Source of the DNA: a virus
Lineage: Duplodnaviria; Heunggongvirae; Uroviricota; Caudoviricetes
DNA length: 64,000 bases
Reading direction: 5' to 3' (one strand)
IMG/VR virus record: IMGVR_UViG_2639763153_000002
Shown one piece after another: positions 17,450 to 27,672 of the stretch. The stretch's first letter is position 1. Every line of letters begins with the position of its first letter. Under the pieces are notes generated by a model that saw only the letters and a program-made list of their open reading frames with translations, did not search any database and had not been told where the DNA came from. Position numbers and translations under genes: made by a program.

Positions 17450-20400
17450 ATGGCAACCCTGCGTGAACTTATCATTAAAGTTTCTGCTAACTCTCAGTCA
17501 TTCCAGACCGAGATAGCCCGCGCATCACGTATGGGGGCTGATTATTATAAGACAATGCAGAATGGCGGCAGGCAGGCTGCGGCTTCAGTTCGGGAAACTC
17601 GCCGTTCTGTTGCTGAGCTAACTGACCAGATGGAGTCAGCAAAGGCTACCGCACTGGGATTAACCGGGGCATTTGCTGGTGCTTTTGCTACGGGGCATTT
17701 GATATCCCTGGCTGATGAATGGAATTCAGTAAACGCCCGCCTAAAACAGGCATCTCAATCAACTGATGATTTTACCAGCTCTCAAAAACAGCTGATGGAT
17801 ATCAGTCAGAAAACGGGTACATCTTTTTCTGACAACGCTAATTTATTTTCCCGCTCAGCAGCCTCAATGCGGGAATATGGTTACAGCTCCAGCCAGGTGC
17901 TGGATATTACTGAGGCTATTTCTACTGGTTTAAAACTTTCTGGCGCGAATGCTCAGGAGTCCAGTTCGGTCATCACTCAGTTTAGCCAGGCTCTGGCACA
18001 GGGCGTGCTGAGAGGCGAAGAATTCAATGCCGTCAACGAGAGCGGCGACAGGGTTATACGGGCGCTTGCGGCAGGGATGGGGGTTGCGCGTAAAGACCTT
18101 AAATCTATGGCGGATCAGGGGCAGTTAACCATTGATAAAGTAGTTCCGGCCCTCATCAGCCAGCTTGGTAAGCTCCGGAATGAATATGGTGAGTTGCCGC
18201 AGACCGTTTCATCGTCGGCAACAAAAGTTGAAAACGCGTTTATGCAATGGGTCGGTGGAGCTAATGAAGCGAGTGGCGCGACAAATACCCTGACCGGATT
18301 ACTTGATGGCGTAGCCAACAATATTGATCAGGTCGCCACTGCTGCCGGAGCGCTTGTTGCCGTTGGTGCTGCCCGATATTTGGGAAATATGGCTCTTGGT
18401 GCCAGCTCTGCAACGGCTGGGATTATTAACGCCGCAAAAAGTGAAGTAGCTTTAGCTGAAGCCCAGGTCAGAGGGACACAGGTTTCGACAGCTCGTGCGC
18501 GTGCTGCAGTTTATCGTGCCCAGCAGGCACTGGCAGCGGCGCGGGGTACAGACGCGCAGGCCGCCGCAGAAAAACGGCTCTCACTGGCGCAGGAGTTACT
18601 TAACCGTAATATTCAGGCCAGAGTATCCGCTCAGACTGCACTGAACTCGGTTACTGCTGTAGGTTCCCGGCTCATGGGGGGAGCATTAGGCCTCGTTGGC
18701 GGTATTCCTGGGCTAGTTTTGCTTGGTGCCGGCGCCTGGTACACGATGTACCAGAATCAGGAGCAGGCCAGATTATCCGCTCAGGAATATGCAAACACCA
18801 TTGATTCTGTCCGTGAAAAGACAAAATCAATGTCCCTGCCCGAAGTTTCTGATAATGAGACCAAAACCCGTCAGGCGCTGGAGGAGCAAAACCGTCTTGT
18901 TGATGCCCAGGCATCTAAAGTAAAAAGCCTGAAGGAAGAGATTGCTGGCTATCAGTATGTCCTGTCTAACCCCGGCCCGACAACCAGTGGTGGTTTCATG
19001 ATAAACCACCTGACTTCGGTCGAAACGGTCACCCGTGGTCTGGAAGAAGCGACTTCTGCTCTGGCCGTTGAACAGGAGAGGTTAGCTCAGATGCTGGCTA
19101 AGTCTGAGTCGATCCAGTCGGTACTGGAAGGGATAGAGAACAGGCGAATAGCATTAATCCGGCAGCAGGCTGCAGAACAGAATTCAGCATATCAATCGTT
19201 ATTAATGATGAACGGTGAGCATACTGAATTTAACCGTTTGCTGGGTCTCGGAAATAATCTTCTCATGGCCCGACAGGGGCTGGTAAACGCACCAGTACGC
19301 TTACCACAGGTAGACCTGACAACCCAGCAAACGGCTGCACTTGAAAAAAGCCGTCGTGATCTGGCGCTTTCAAAACTCAAAGGTGAGGACAAGGAGCGCG
19401 CACGACTGGGTTATGCTGCGGATGACCTGGGGTTAACTAACGACCCACAGTTTCAGACCGGACGGCAGGAGTTGATTAATAACGGCCTGAATGAATGGAG
19501 AAACAACCAGGAAAATAAACCCAAGCCAAAAGGAAGGCATGGGAAAACCGAGGCGGAGAAAACCGAAGATACCTATACCCGGCTGATTAAACAGCAACGG
19601 GAGCAAATTGCTCTTTCCAGCCAAAACACTGAGCTGGCAAAGATGAAATATCAGGTTACTCAGGGGGAATTATCTTCGCTTGAAAAATCCAAAAAGGAAA
19701 CGTTGCTGCACAATGCGGCGCTTATTGATCAGAAAAATATCGCTGAACAGTTAAAAACATTCCGCGAAGGTCTGGCCGACAGTAATGCTGCCGCCCGGGA
19801 AAGGGGGAATATCGATTTCCTCGGCGCGGGACAGGGGGATAAAGCCCGTGACCGAATGAAGGAAATGGCGGATATTCGCGCTGATTTTCTCAGGCAGCAG
19901 CGTGATTTACAGCGTGATTTCAGTCGTGGGCAGATTTCCGAAGACCTGTATAAAAAGCAAACGGAAGCACTTAAAACAGCGCTTGCCGAACGCCTGGATA
20001 TTCAGGAGGAGTATTACAAAAAAACCGATGAACAGCAGTCAGACTGGCGGGCAGGGATCAGCGATTCCCTGATGAACTATGCCGATCAGGCTTCTGATCT
20101 GAGTTCAATGGCTGCCACTGCAACCAGCGAGATTCTGGATGCCACCACTAACTCTATCTCCAACAACCTGACAAACGTCCTGACGGGCGCCACTTCGTTT
20201 AAAGATGGTATGTCGAATATTTTCTCTTCCCTGGGAGAAACGGTGATTAAGACACTCATCCAGATGGCAACACAGGCGTTGATCACCAAAGCGATTATGG
20301 CTTCATTTGGCGGCGGAGCGGGTGGGTTGTTCGGTAGTCTTTTTGGCGGTGCGGCAAGTAGTGGTACCGCTATTCAAAGCGCGGGAGCTAATTTTTCATT

Positions 20401-20830
20401 CAACGCTCTCGGAGGCGTTTACGATTCTCCGTCACTTTCTGCCTACAGCAATGGTGTTTACAGCACTCCCCAATATTTTGCGTTTGCGAAAGGTGCGGGT
20501 GTATTCGGCGAGGCCGGGCCGGAAGCCATCATGCCGCTTACCCGTGGCGCTGATGGTTCGCTGGGGGTCAAAGCTGTTGGGCGGGAATCGCCGGCGGTAC
20601 AGAACGCTGCGAGGCAGCAGCAGGAAAGACAACTTCTTTCAACTGGTGACATCAACGTCAATTACCACCTCACTGGTAAACCGGATGATGTGATGATGCA
20701 GACATTGAATGCCCACGGCCGCAGCCTGGCTAAACAGATAAAATCTGAACTGACGAGCGACGTAAACAATCCTCAAAATGCATTCGGTAGAGCACTTTAC
20801 TCCAACCTTCAGCCCAAAAAACCACGATAA
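17450..20830 (+). CDS. Tail tape measure protein
   Basis: 1126 aa, Ala/Gly-rich coiled coils. Position after G/T. Confidence 0.9.
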   Translation: MATLRELIIKVSANSQSFQTEIARASRMGADYYKTMQNGGRQAAASVRETRRSVAELTDQMESAKATALGLTGAFAGAFATGHLISLADEWNSVNARLKQASQSTDDFTSSQKQLMDISQKTGTSFSDNANLFSRSAASMREYGYSSSQVLDITEAISTGLKLSGANAQESSSVITQFSQALAQGVLRGEEFNAVNESGDRVIRALAAGMGVARKDLKSMADQGQLTIDKVVPALISQLGKLRNEYGELPQTVSSSATKVENAFMQWVGGANEASGATNTLTGLLDGVANNIDQVATAAGALVAVGAARYLGNMALGASSATAGIINAAKSEVALAEAQVRGTQVSTARARAAVYRAQQALAAARGTDAQAAAEKRLSLAQELLNRNIQARVSAQTALNSVTAVGSRLMGGALGLVGGIPGLVLLGAGAWYTMYQNQEQARLSAQEYANTIDSVREKTKSMSLPEVSDNETKTRQALEEQNRLVDAQASKVKSLKEEIAGYQYVLSNPGPTTSGGFMINHLTSVETVTRGLEEATSALAVEQERLAQMLAKSESIQSVLEGIENRRIALIRQQAAEQNSAYQSLLMMNGEHTEFNRLLGLGNNLLMARQGLVNAPVRLPQVDLTTQQTAALEKSRRDLALSKLKGEDKERARLGYAADDLGLTNDPQFQTGRQELINNGLNEWRNNQENKPKPKGRHGKTEAEKTEDTYTRLIKQQREQIALSSQNTELAKMKYQVTQGELSSLEKSKKETLLHNAALIDQKNIAEQLKTFREGLADSNAAARERGNIDFLGAGQGDKARDRMKEMADIRADFLRQQRDLQRDFSRGQISEDLYKKQTEALKTALAERLDIQEEYYKKTDEQQSDWRAGISDSLMNYADQASDLSSMAATATSEILDATTNSISNNLTNVLTGATSFKDGMSNIFSSLGETVIKTLIQMATQALITKAIMASFGGGAGGLFGSLFGGAASSGTAIQSAGANFSFNALGGVYDSPSLSAYSNGVYSTPQYFAFAKGAGVFGEAGPEAIMPLTRGADGSLGVKAVGRESPAVQNAARQQQERQLLSTGDINVNYHLTGKPDDVMMQTLNAHGRSLAKQIKSELTSDVNNPQNAFGRALYSNLQPKKPR

Positions 20831-20850
20831 CCTGCCCGGAGGGAATATTC

Positions 20851-21303
20851 ATGGCAGATATTTTCTACCCGGACGAATACCTGCCCATGCCGCTGATGGA
20901 CGGGTACGGGTTTAAGCCCATATCACCTTTACTGCGAACGGAGATGACGTCCGGTCGCGCTCAACAACGAAGGCGATATACCTCAACACCCACCCAGGCA
21001 TCGGTTAAATGGATTTTTAAAACTGATGCTCTGGCACAGGTGTTTGAGGCGTTTTTCAGGGATGCGCTTAAAGATGGCCAGTCCTGGTTCTATCTGAAAC
21101 TCCAAACCCCAATAGGGGTAAAGCCCTATAAAGCCAGGTTCGTGGATATTTACGAAGGGCCGACGCTGGTCGCGCCAAAATACTGGCAGTACAGCGCAAC
21201 GCTGGAATTATGGGAGCGCCCGTTACCGCCTTCAGGCTGGGGAAATTACCCGGAATGGCTGGCGGGCCAGTCGTTACTGGATATTGCGCTAAACAGAGAG
21301 TAG
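20851..21303 (+). CDS. Minor tail protein (M-like)
   Basis: Paralogue of 35244..35723. Position after TMP. Confidence 0.7.
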   Translation: MADIFYPDEYLPMPLMDGYGFKPISPLLRTEMTSGRAQQRRRYTSTPTQASVKWIFKTDALAQVFEAFFRDALKDGQSWFYLKLQTPIGVKPYKARFVDIYEGPTLVAPKYWQYSATLELWERPLPPSGWGNYPEWLAGQSLLDIALNRE

Positions 21304-21310
21304 CCGAAGC

Positions 21311-21787
21311 ATGACAATTCTTGAGCGACTATATGCCAGCAGCGGATCGGAGGTTATTCACGATACGCTGCAGATATCAGCAGGCGATGATAACTACTGG
21401 CTAACCAGTGGTTGGGATGACGTTTCAGTGACGCTGGAAAATGGTCAGCCGGTGACGTTTGAGGCCAGCGCGATAGATATCGCCTTACCAGCCAGGAACG
21501 CCGACGGGACACAGGATTTAAAGTTTGCTATCAGCAATATTGACGGACGGGTTTCAGAGGCGATCGATAAAATTCTGGATGAAATGAAATCAGCCACGCT
21601 GACATTCCGGCGGTACATTTCATCCGATCTGTCTGCTCCGGCATCATCACCGTATACGCTCGATATCAAATCCGGCTCCTGGACCCCGACAGCAGTTCAG
21701 GTCACGGCAGGCTATATGAATGTCCTCAAAACAGCCTGGCCCCGTAAACGTTACAACCTCGCCGAGCATCCGGGCTTACGTTACTAA
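21311..21787 (+). CDS. Minor tail protein (L-like)
   Basis: Paralogue of 34775..35257. Confidence 0.7.
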   Translation: MTILERLYASSGSEVIHDTLQISAGDDNYWLTSGWDDVSVTLENGQPVTFEASAIDIALPARNADGTQDLKFAISNIDGRVSEAIDKILDEMKSATLTFRRYISSDLSAPASSPYTLDIKSGSWTPTAVQVTAGYMNVLKTAWPRKRYNLAEHPGLRY

Positions 21788-21799
21788 CCTGAGGCAAAT

Positions 21800-22180
21800 A
21801 TGTTTAATCCTGATAAATACCGTTCAGTCACCTGGCTGAAGGGCGGGCGCGTATTTCCGCAGCTCGACTGCTTCGGCATTGTAAATGAGATACGTCGCGA
21901 CCTTGGGCTACCTGAATGGCCGGATTTTGCAGGTGTGACCAAAGACGGCGGGGGCCTCGACCGGGAAGCGAGAAAGCTGATGCTTTCGCTGAAACGTTGT
22001 GCCCCGTGTGAAGGCGCCGGAGTGGCTTGCTATTCGGGCTCAACGGTTTCCCATGTTGGGATTGTTGTGATGCTCGATAACCAGCTGCAGGTCGCGGAAT
22101 GTAATCCAGGCTCGGGGGTTACGTTTCTGCCTCTGTCGCGATTTATCCGCCGCTTTAACAGCGTGGAGTTCTGGCAATGA
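21800..22180 (+). CDS. Tail assembly protein K-like, NlpC/P60 (C40) peptidase
   Basis: Catalytic Cys/His context (DCFGIV..., ...HVGIV). Paralogue of 34385..34765 at about 85 percent aa identity. Confidence 0.8.
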   Translation: MFNPDKYRSVTWLKGGRVFPQLDCFGIVNEIRRDLGLPEWPDFAGVTKDGGGLDREARKLMLSLKRCAPCEGAGVACYSGSTVSHVGIVVMLDNQLQVAECNPGSGVTFLPLSRFIRRFNSVEFWQ

Positions 22181-25100
22181 CGATAAAGTTTTACCCGTCC
22201 CGGCTACCGGGTGAACCCCTTGAAACGCACGAGCATGGTGTGCTGACGCTGCATGAGTGGATGAGCAGAAATGTCCCGAGCTATTCACAGGATAAAACTC
22301 ATCCTGTCGTGATCGAGCTGAACGGCCAGGCAGTCCCCCCGGCGGAATGGCCGTTATGTTTGTTGCGGCCAGACAGTGACGTGCGGATATATCCCATTCC
22401 TTATGGCACGGGTCTTGAAATTGTCGCGTGGGTTTCGGTGGCCGTATCCATTGCGTCTACGGCCTATGCATTATTCTTTGCCCCAAAACCAGAGCTGGGC
22501 GGTTTTTCATCCAGTAACGCTTCATCGCTGGATCTGAACCCGGCGCGGGCAAACACCGCAAAACTCGGTGATCCCGTTAGGGAGGCTTTTGGGCGAAACC
22601 GGATTTATCCGGATTACCTGGTGCAGCCGGTAACGCGATTCGACCCCGCTGATCCCACCAGAATGACGGTAGAAATGTTTGTCTGCCTTGGATATGGGCG
22701 TTTCTCCTATACCGGTGGAGATTTTCGGGTAGGGGAAACTCCGGCGTTGACCTTAGGCGAGGGCTTTTCATATACCAGCTATGGGCCCGGCGATAATGTG
22801 GCCGGGGATCGTCGCAGTGAGATATGGTTCAACTCAACGGAAGTTGGTGGAACGTCGAGCGGCAGCGGCCTCGATATGGCTCAGACTGCCCCTGAAGCCA
22901 GTGATATCGTTGCTGATGCCATGACCGTCAGCGGTGCCTCTGTCTCGTTTTCTGGCCTCGATGTCGATGATGATAATGATGAAGACGAGGATGAGAACAA
23001 ACTTCCTCCTGGCTGGATCGCCGGTGCAATTGTCACCCTGAAAGCGCCAGTGAATTATCAGGTATCCATCGAGGGCGGTTTTAACGTGCTGACAGGCGAC
23101 GTCGTGTCAGAGATTGCGCCATTCAGCGGAATGCCTGTCACCCTAACGTTTAACGGTACTGACTATGACCTGCAGATCGCCACGTATACCCCTCACCAGG
23201 ACGCCGTTCCGGGAACAGGGGGAGCGACTGCGGTATTACGCGCCAGTGCCTCGCCGTCAACGTATGACTTTACGACAACCAGCCAGACCTTTGCTCTGAC
23301 CTGGCAGGGTATCACCTATACCATATCTTTGGTCGCCAACTACGGCACAATGTCTGGCTTGCTCGCAGCGATTAATGGCGGGTTGAATGGTTCGGGGCTC
23401 ATTGCTCAGGATGATGGCGGCGTGATACGTATCGTCGAGATCTCCAGCCCCTGGCGTGGCGGTTCCATTACGTCATCTTTCCTGCCTGCGTCAGTATTTG
23501 GTGACAGCCCGGTATTTACTGCTGGTGCAGCCTCCAGCGGCGGAAGCCCTGCGGTAACAGCCAGCGTCACGCTGGCATACGATTCTGGCACTGCCTTTTC
23601 CGGATTGCCGGAAGGAACCCAGCGGATTTCCTTGGCGCATCGTGGCAACGAATACCAGATAGCGTCTACTGATGGCCCCTCTGCGACCGTACAGCGTGTG
23701 GTTAACGGTGTCGTTGACAGCACCTGGTCAGGCTTTATGACCCGTACCGTCGTGGATTTTGCCGCGTCTGGTATTAACGATAATGAAACCTGGCTAGGCC
23801 CCTTTCTGGCCTGCCCGCAAAATGAAGTTGTGGACGCCTTCGAGGTCAACTTTGCTTTCCCAAACGGAATTTGTGGGTTCCAGAACAACGGGAATAAGCG
23901 GGTCCGCCATGTCGAGTATGAAATCCAGTATCGCGTTTATGGTTCCGGATCAGGGTGGACGAGTAAGCCAGGGGTTTACGCGCTTAAAAACGTTAATGGC
24001 CTCGGTTTTACAGAGCGTTTTGATCTGTCCTCTCCCGGGCTGGTGGAGGTTAGATGCCGCCGCCGTAACGAGCAGGGGAGCAACAACGCGAGAGACAGCA
24101 TGTTCTGGCAGGCGCTCAGAGGTCGTTTGCTTTCCCGTCCAACCTCCTACGCAGGTATATCAACAATAGGGATCACGGTTGAAACCGGCGGCCAGCTGGC
24201 GGCGCAGTCAGACAAGCGTGTGAGTGTTGTCGCCACGCGAAACTATGATGGCGGTGGTGACAGGACAATCAGCGGTGCGTTCCTGCATCTTGCCCGCAGT
24301 CTGGGATATCGCGACGACCAGATCGACATTGCGGGGCTCAGTACGCTGGAGGCCACCTACTGGACGCCAAGGGGAGAATATTTTGATCACCAGGCAAGCA
24401 GTGACAGCACGTCAGCAAAGGATATTTTCGACAAAATAGCCGAGGCTGGCATGGGGTATTTTCTGCTATCTGACGGGTTGCTTTCTGTCGGGAGAGAGGG
24501 AGTCAAAAGCTGGACAGGGATCATTACACCTCAGGATACCGTCGAGGAAATGCAGACGTCATTCAGGGTCCCGTCGGAGGATGATTTTGATGGCGTGGAT
24601 GTGAAATATATCAACCCTGTGACCTGGGCGGAGGAAACCGTACAGTGCCGGACGCCGGAAAATCCTTTTCCGCGCAAAACGGAGGCATATACCATTGATG
24701 TTGCCATGACTGCAGATCGCGCCTGGCGTATCGGGATGCGTCGGTTAATGAAATATCTCCACCAACGCCGAACGTATACGGCTACGACTTCAATGCTGGG
24801 ATGGTGTCATGACTTCGGTGATCACATCATTTTGTCCGACGACATTTCAACCGGGAAAACCCAAAGTTGCCTGATTGACGCGATGATTTACGACTTCCAG
24901 GAAATTACGCTGCACGTCACGGAGCCACTGGACTGGAGCTACGCGAATCCTCGCTGCTGGATACAGTTTCAGGACGGTCGACCATCATCGCGAATGCTCA
25001 CGCCGCAACGGGTAGATGATTTCACGCTGACGGTGCCGTACAACGACGACCTGCATCCCGGCGACTGGATTATGGACGACCCAGATATTGATCTGCCGAA

Positions 25101-25254
25101 GTTATTGTTCTGCGACAGTGAAAAGGGTGCGCGGCATGGGATAGTCCAGGAGGTTGCTCCATCGGGTGACAGCAACTGCCAGATTACTGCACCTGAATAT
25201 AAAGAAATTTTCTACCAGTACGACGACGCCACATACCCCGGCGACGCCGCGTAA
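22177..25254 (+). CDS. Host specificity/central tail fibre protein J with fused N-terminal I-like domain
   Basis: 1025 aa. N-terminal about 150 aa I-like, then J-like. Acidic D/E stretch. Paralogue at 31320..34388. Confidence 0.9.
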   Translation: MTIKFYPSRLPGEPLETHEHGVLTLHEWMSRNVPSYSQDKTHPVVIELNGQAVPPAEWPLCLLRPDSDVRIYPIPYGTGLEIVAWVSVAVSIASTAYALFFAPKPELGGFSSSNASSLDLNPARANTAKLGDPVREAFGRNRIYPDYLVQPVTRFDPADPTRMTVEMFVCLGYGRFSYTGGDFRVGETPALTLGEGFSYTSYGPGDNVAGDRRSEIWFNSTEVGGTSSGSGLDMAQTAPEASDIVADAMTVSGASVSFSGLDVDDDNDEDEDENKLPPGWIAGAIVTLKAPVNYQVSIEGGFNVLTGDVVSEIAPFSGMPVTLTFNGTDYDLQIATYTPHQDAVPGTGGATAVLRASASPSTYDFTTTSQTFALTWQGITYTISLVANYGTMSGLLAAINGGLNGSGLIAQDDGGVIRIVEISSPWRGGSITSSFLPASVFGDSPVFTAGAASSGGSPAVTASVTLAYDSGTAFSGLPEGTQRISLAHRGNEYQIASTDGPSATVQRVVNGVVDSTWSGFMTRTVVDFAASGINDNETWLGPFLACPQNEVVDAFEVNFAFPNGICGFQNNGNKRVRHVEYEIQYRVYGSGSGWTSKPGVYALKNVNGLGFTERFDLSSPGLVEVRCRRRNEQGSNNARDSMFWQALRGRLLSRPTSYAGISTIGITVETGGQLAAQSDKRVSVVATRNYDGGGDRTISGAFLHLARSLGYRDDQIDIAGLSTLEATYWTPRGEYFDHQASSDSTSAKDIFDKIAEAGMGYFLLSDGLLSVGREGVKSWTGIITPQDTVEEMQTSFRVPSEDDFDGVDVKYINPVTWAEETVQCRTPENPFPRKTEAYTIDVAMTADRAWRIGMRRLMKYLHQRRTYTATTSMLGWCHDFGDHIILSDDISTGKTQSCLIDAMIYDFQEITLHVTEPLDWSYANPRCWIQFQDGRPSSRMLTPQRVDDFTLTVPYNDDLHPGDWIMDDPDIDLPKLLFCDSEKGARHGIVQEVAPSGDSNCQITAPEYKEIFYQYDDATYPGDAA

Positions 25255-25285
25255 TACCCCATAACAACCCCTAATTAACTCTTTT

Positions 25286-25337
25286 CGCTCAAACCCTCGT
25301 TTGGGCGAACGCCTTTTTTGGAGCAAAAAACATGGCC
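25286..25337. repeat. Perfect about 52-bp inverted repeat (left copy), spanning the J-fibre intergenic region and fibre start codon
   Basis: CGCTCAAACCCTCGTTTGGGCGAACGCCTTTTTTGGAGCAAAAAACATGGCC equals the reverse complement of 31239..31290. Confidence 0.8.
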
Positions 25338-26075
25338 CTGACTCCTCCACTCGGCTCGACGACACCAGAGGTCTTGTTACGTAATGCTGGCGATCTTGAT
25401 CGCGCCATGAACAGTGAAGCTGATACATGGCAAAACCGAGGTGGTGATGAGCTCCCCACCATGAAGGGATATCAGAAACAGGTGGATGCCATCACTGATG
25501 ATGTTTTTCAGGCCAGGGATACGGCTGTTGAAGCAGCTGCAACGTTACCCACTAAACAACAGTTCCTTGAGCTACAGGTGGAAGTCGACGGTATCACGGC
25601 CGATCCTGCAAACGCGATTGCAAACATTACCATTCCGGCGAAAGACTTTGACCTTGCTGTAGGGAGTGCCAGTTTTGGCATGATAGCCAGTCGCCTCGCG
25701 GGCTGGCAGTTCACTCATGGGGTAAACGCATCCATCACCAAAATGATAGACCTGCCGTCTCACTGGTCAAAAATGCGTATATCCCTGATCTGGACAAACC
25801 TCGTTGCTAACAACAATTTCAATGTGAGCCTTTCAGGTGAGCGGCATAGCTGGTCTGCCGGTGAGTCTTTCAATCAGGAGCCTGCAGGTTATGCTGCGGT
25901 CGTTCCGGTTAATGGCACACCGTTTATTGCAGTGGAAACACAATTAGCGCTTGATCTCACCGTTGACCCTACACGGCATACTACCCTTCGCATCGGACGA
26001 AATGGCGCGTCTTCCAGTGATACCCTGCCCACTGCCATCGCATTACTCGCCGTCAGACTGACAAAGGTGGCTTAA
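25332..26075 (+). CDS. Tail fibre/spike protein, N-terminal J-docking domain
   Basis: N-terminal M..PPLGST.P.VLL shared with the 908-aa fibre of prophage B. Confidence 0.6.
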   Translation: MALTPPLGSTTPEVLLRNAGDLDRAMNSEADTWQNRGGDELPTMKGYQKQVDAITDDVFQARDTAVEAAATLPTKQQFLELQVEVDGITADPANAIANITIPAKDFDLAVGSASFGMIASRLAGWQFTHGVNASITKMIDLPSHWSKMRISLIWTNLVANNNFNVSLSGERHSWSAGESFNQEPAGYAAVVPVNGTPFIAVETQLALDLTVDPTRHTTLRIGRNGASSSDTLPTAIALLAVRLTKVA

Positions 26076-27311
26076 ATGAGTGTTTACCAGTCATGGCGGA
26101 CGGCCTGGCGAACACCAGGCGTGTTAAGAAATTATCCTCCTAATCCGCTTTATGTGGATACGGTCAGAGGAAAAGCGTCGGGAAAAGGGTCAGTCGATGA
26201 TCCAGTGAACAGCCTCGGTCTGGCGCAGGGGTTATGCCTCGGTCTTTCCGATTATGAAATAAAGATTATTGCCCCGGAAAGTTCTCCACTACGACAGGAG
26301 GTTGTATTTAACACCACCGAGAATGTGACCTTATCCGGCGTTGATGGTGAACCGTGGTACACCTTTGGATCTGAAGAACATACATCCGGGTGGACTCAGA
26401 ACGGTCAGATTTTTCAGAAAACACTGGGGTATACCTCTGTGCTTCAGGTGGTCGTTACATCAATGACGGAGACGGTCGGTGACAGAGATGATTTTCTTTT
26501 TAAACTACTACAAAACACCTCCACGCCGACCACGCCAGCAGCTGGTGAGTATGGATATGCAGGAGGCATTATTTATGTCCGGTTACCGGATGATTCAGAC
26601 CCTGCTCTGCACTCGATTGAAATATCCCGGCGTAATTTTGGGGTAGCGACAACCGGGTTTGGACTCCTTACGGTGAATGACTGTATCGCGCGCTATTGCA
26701 TGATTAATGGCATTTCCTGCGGGTTATCCACGCAACCGGCAGGCACCGGCTTCCTGACCGTCAATGACTCCGTTATTGAGTACTGTGCAAATGCCGGTGT
26801 TGGTGGTACGGGGCGAAATGAGTTGATCATCTGTAATAACGTGCGTGCCTGGCGGATTTCAAATGATGGCTTCGGGCAGCATGCGCCTGTAGGCGGTGCC
26901 GGAAAAATGATCCTGAATGGCTGTAATGGTAGTTATAACGGCGATCAGGCAGGTCAGTCTGCCCAGGGGGCTTCAAACCATGAGTTTACGAAAATGGTAA
27001 TCAACGGAGGGACATTCAATTTTAATGTCTCAGGTGGAATGGTGGCTATTGAAAATGCGCAGTGTGATATTCACGGCGACACAAAATACGGGCCTGTTGT
27101 GATGGACGGGAATATGAGGCTGGGGAATACGGCAGGAACTATCGCCAGCCAGGCTGGATGCGCCTGGCTGAACTATGCCACAGGGATAGTGACGGGAGAT
27201 GTAACCGTTAAAAACGGTCATGGTGTGGGCGTTCGCCGTGGGCCAGATGCCGTTGTGGAAGATATCGCAACGATCCACTCAGTCAACAACGCGCTGCCGG
27301 ATATCCTGTGA
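26076..27311 (+). CDS. Tail spike with right-handed parallel beta-helix (pectate-lyase-like). Candidate polysaccharide depolymerase
   Basis: Repeated GxxxN/NDS-V-I-EYC-type beta-helix rungs. Gly/Asn-rich. Confidence 0.55.
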   Translation: MSVYQSWRTAWRTPGVLRNYPPNPLYVDTVRGKASGKGSVDDPVNSLGLAQGLCLGLSDYEIKIIAPESSPLRQEVVFNTTENVTLSGVDGEPWYTFGSEEHTSGWTQNGQIFQKTLGYTSVLQVVVTSMTETVGDRDDFLFKLLQNTSTPTTPAAGEYGYAGGIIYVRLPDDSDPALHSIEISRRNFGVATTGFGLLTVNDCIARYCMINGISCGLSTQPAGTGFLTVNDSVIEYCANAGVGGTGRNELIICNNVRAWRISNDGFGQHAPVGGAGKMILNGCNGSYNGDQAGQSAQGASNHEFTKMVINGGTFNFNVSGGMVAIENAQCDIHGDTKYGPVVMDGNMRLGNTAGTIASQAGCAWLNYATGIVTGDVTVKNGHGVGVRRGPDAVVEDIATIHSVNNALPDIL

Positions 27312-27318
27312 GGTAAAA

Positions 27319-27537
27319 ATGACAGTATGCAGATTATGTCAGTGTGAGCCAATGGTGATGACAAAGCCGGAAACTGACGGTGCGATCAGTTTCTATGTTT
27401 ATTACGTCGAGTGTTCCGGATGTGGTGTTGGTACTAAACGATTTTCGGAACAATCATTCAATGCAGAAGAGGCGATTCAAAACGCTCAGGCACAGTGGGC
27501 GCTGATGAATGCAGAAAAAGAGGTTGTGAGTAATTAA
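27319..27537 (+). CDS. lar: Lar-family restriction alleviation protein
   Basis: 72 aa. CRLCQC...ECSGCG cysteine pattern and EEAIQNAQAQW C-terminus match Lar-family layout. GAGG RBS. Confidence 0.55.
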   Translation: MTVCRLCQCEPMVMTKPETDGAISFYVYYVECSGCGVGTKRFSEQSFNAEEAIQNAQAQWALMNAEKEVVSN

Positions 27538-27564
27538 AAAAATCCCCCGGAGGCACACCGGGGG
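27535..27564 (-). terminator. Rho-independent terminator for the prophage B late operon (CCCCCGG-7nt-CCGGGGG followed by T7 on - strand)
   Basis: Read from sequence. Marks the A/B junction. Confidence 0.55.
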
Positions 27565-27672
27565 AAAGGTGATAAATGACATTATTGCTGTGTGCGTCTT
27601 TGCGCACGGTGTATCTTCTAAGAAAATTCCTGGTGTTTCCAGATTTTTCTTGCCCGGCTGAGTGCTGCAGGT

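Larger units (their letters stand above)
1..27537. mobile_element. Prophage A (partial, left end outside window): late-control hotspot, lysis, HK97-type packaging/head, lambda-like tail, fibres. Structural genes on + strand
   Basis: Contiguous colinear phage modules: lysis, HNH, TerS, TerL, portal, protease, MCP, connectors, MTP, G/T, TMP, K, J, fibres. No integrase or replication genes within window. Confidence 0.8.

Noticed and set aside
27538-27672. att site or host DNA at the junction between the two prophages
   Set aside because: Only about 130 bp with a terminator hairpin. No tRNA fragment or direct repeat of an att core recognisable. The junction probably arose by recombination rather than independent integration
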